The translations under genes and the position numbers were made by a program. 64,000 bases of DNA from Chrysemys picta bellii (taxonomy: Eukaryota). The stretch is from positions 29,016,001-29,080,000 of the forward strand of contig NC_088804.1 of NCBI RefSeq assembly GCF_011386835.1. Reading direction: 5' to 3'. This document shows positions 62,264 through 64,000 of this stretch, piece after piece; positions within the stretch are counted from its first letter, which is position 1, and every line of letters starts with the position of its first letter. Below the pieces are notes generated by a model, which was not told the origin of the DNA, searched no databases, and saw only the letters and a program-made list of their open reading frames with translations.

Positions 62264-62301
<38 letters not shown>
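62264..62301. repeat. (AC)19 microsatellite
   Basis: Read directly from the sequence. Confidence 0.98.
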
Positions 62302-62302
<1 letters not shown>

Positions 62303-62926
62303 AAAACAGTTCCCAGGCTGCAACAACTCAAAGAATGCTAGGAGGTAAGAATACTGGTGTTGGTGGAACCTACCAGACTTCTGGCCTATGGAAACATAAC
62401 AGGACTCTGTAGGAAGAGCACAGAAACAAAAGGACTTGATTTACCTTTTAAAACTCAAGTCACATATAAAGTGAGGGAAAATATCAAATAGTAACAATGT
62501 AGTTCCTGTTAAGAACAGTGGTTTTAACAAAAGTTTAACAGGGTACCCAGATAAGCATATATCTCAATAAATTCCTTTGAGAAACCAAGTGAAAATGAGC
62601 CTATGCGGAACATCCTTAGCCATGGATATACTTTTCAGATGCAACAACATGTATCATCCACCAAATGCCTACAAGATATTTGTGGTGGGAGCTTGCCTCT
62701 CTGGTAGTTTGTTCCAAAATTTCACCCCTTGTCTTGGTGTGCAAAACTCTCCTATAGGCTTTGGGGAGGCAAGTGTTCATGCCAACACCTTGATCAGCAA
62801 AGAAACAATCCAAGTGCCTCTTCAGTGTTGGTCCATCAGTCTCTGAGCAGGACATATCCTTCCTATTGGGCTCTGGCTGATTCTTGCATGCGCAGAAGTG
62901 CCTGCTCAGAATGGACATGCACTTAC

Positions 62927-62996
62927 CCTGCTTCCTGGGCCTTGTGGTCTAGCCCGGTTCCCCCTGGGTAGCCTTTTCTGAAATGGCATCTCTGTG
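62927..62996 (-). other. Candidate exon (70 nt)
   Basis: Minus strand: CTTTCCTCCCATTGCAG| acceptor, AGG|GTAAGT donor; an upstream donor ACA|GTAAGT at 63246/63245 would give a 249-nt intron. Confidence 0.3.
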
Positions 62997-63122
62997 CTGC
63001 AATGGGAGGAAAGCTGTCTGCATGAAATAGGAGTTGGATTTCCTGTCAGCTCTGTAGCCAACCAGGACTCTGCGTGGGCTAGATGTTCTCTCTTTCCATC
63101 CTCAGCAGGGCTGCTGTAGTGC

Positions 63123-63229
63123 TAGGGTTGCCAACTTTCTAATTCCAGAAAACCGAACACCCTTGCTCTGTCCCACCCCTTCCCAAGGCCCCTCCCCCCC
63201 TCTCCATCCCCCATCGCTTGGTCACCCTA
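63123..63229. mobile_element. Short hAT derivative with two different TIR types
   Basis: Left end TAGGGTTGCCAAC, right end TTGGTCACCCTA; no TSD. Confidence 0.7.
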
Positions 63230-63449
63230 GCTGCAGGAGACTTACTGTGACCGCGGGCCCCTTGCCTGGGGGCTGCAGTACCCGGCGTGAAGGTTGGGCC
63301 CCAGAGTGAAGAGGCTGGAAGCTGGCCGCCTGGCACTGAGAGGGATCTGCTCTGTCTGGGCCCTGGGCTGCTAGGTGAGTTTTATTGCTTTTTTATTTTC
63401 TCTCTCTGATTAGGATGGTGCACGGGAGGACTCCACTCTTCCAGGGGCT

Positions 63450-64000
63450 GCTGAAATCACCCAGCTGGGAAGGGAGGAGGGTGGGCTGGAGGGAAAAAAT
63501 GTGAGGGATGGAGGAGAGAGGATGGGGACTGAAAGAGGCCAAGGACCAGAGCAGGGTGGGGGTAAGAGGGGGCAGTGAAGGAGAGAGGAGGGTGCATGGG
63601 GTGAGGGGTATGTGGGGTGGATGGGGACGCAGGGGGAGGCAGAAGGCTACAGGTGCATGAAGATGTCAGGGGCACAGGGGTGCATAGGGACATTACGGGA
63701 GTGCAGTAGTGAATGGGGTGCAGGACTCTGGGGGGGTGAGGGACATTGGGGGTGGCGGCTCTGGGAGGTGGAGAGGATGGGTGAGAGAGCACTGTAAGGG
63801 GAACAGGGCTAGGATGGGTAGGTGTGGGGGGCAGGGCAGGATGAGACAGGGGCAGGATGCAGTCATGGGGGTGTAGGAAGGAGTTGCTTAGAGTCCAGGG
63901 CTGCTGTGGCCAATGGCGGACTCAGGAGGACTGTCCCAGGCCGGGGTGTGTGGTGCTACTGGGGCGGAGGTGATGCTGCGGCAGTGCTGCTGATTTGGGC
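63450..64000 (+). repeat. G-rich low-complexity tract, probably the subterminal arm of a large hAT derivative
   Basis: Dense GGG/GGGG runs with strong strand skew; runs off the window end; explains Pro-rich ORF 63457-63792. Confidence 0.55.

Noticed and set aside
1-64000. Canonical tRNA, rRNA, snRNA, snoRNA, miRNA genes or CRISPR arrays
   Set aside because: None recognised; tRNA-like units are SINE/MITE-derived and partial miRNA seed matches lack hairpins.

Overview
64 kb of AT-rich vertebrate genomic DNA, intergenic or intronic. I could not recognise any protein-coding gene. None of the supplied ORFs resembles a cellular protein I know; the only protein-like translations are LINE remnants (CR1 ORF2 at 9.5-10.0 kb and 60.3-60.7 kb, L2 ORF2 at 6.6 kb). 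The repeat set (CR1 with a TTCTATGA-type tail, L2, MIR/CORE-type SINEs, Penelope fragments, solo LTRs, hAT MITEs with 8-bp TSDs, PIF/Harbinger-type MITEs with 3-bp TNA TSDs) matches what I recall from turtle genomes. That assignment is from memory, not a search. The most notable structures are: (i) a young fold-back Penelope insertion with a perfect 40-bp inverted repeat, 12-bp flanking direct repeats and a decapitated hammerhead-like core, with a hAT MITE inserted beside the predicted cleavage site; (ii) a near-perfect 44-bp inverted repeat around an otherwise decayed element; (iii) a composite element built from five tRNA-like units in mixed orientation; (iv) a five-element nested MITE stack; (v) an unclassified ~820-bp repeat at 39.2-40.05 kb; (vi) several strong splice-site pairs that could be exons of unannotated non-coding transcripts on both strands, or chance pseudo-exons. 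Family names come from recalled motifs, and identities and coordinates were counted by hand.
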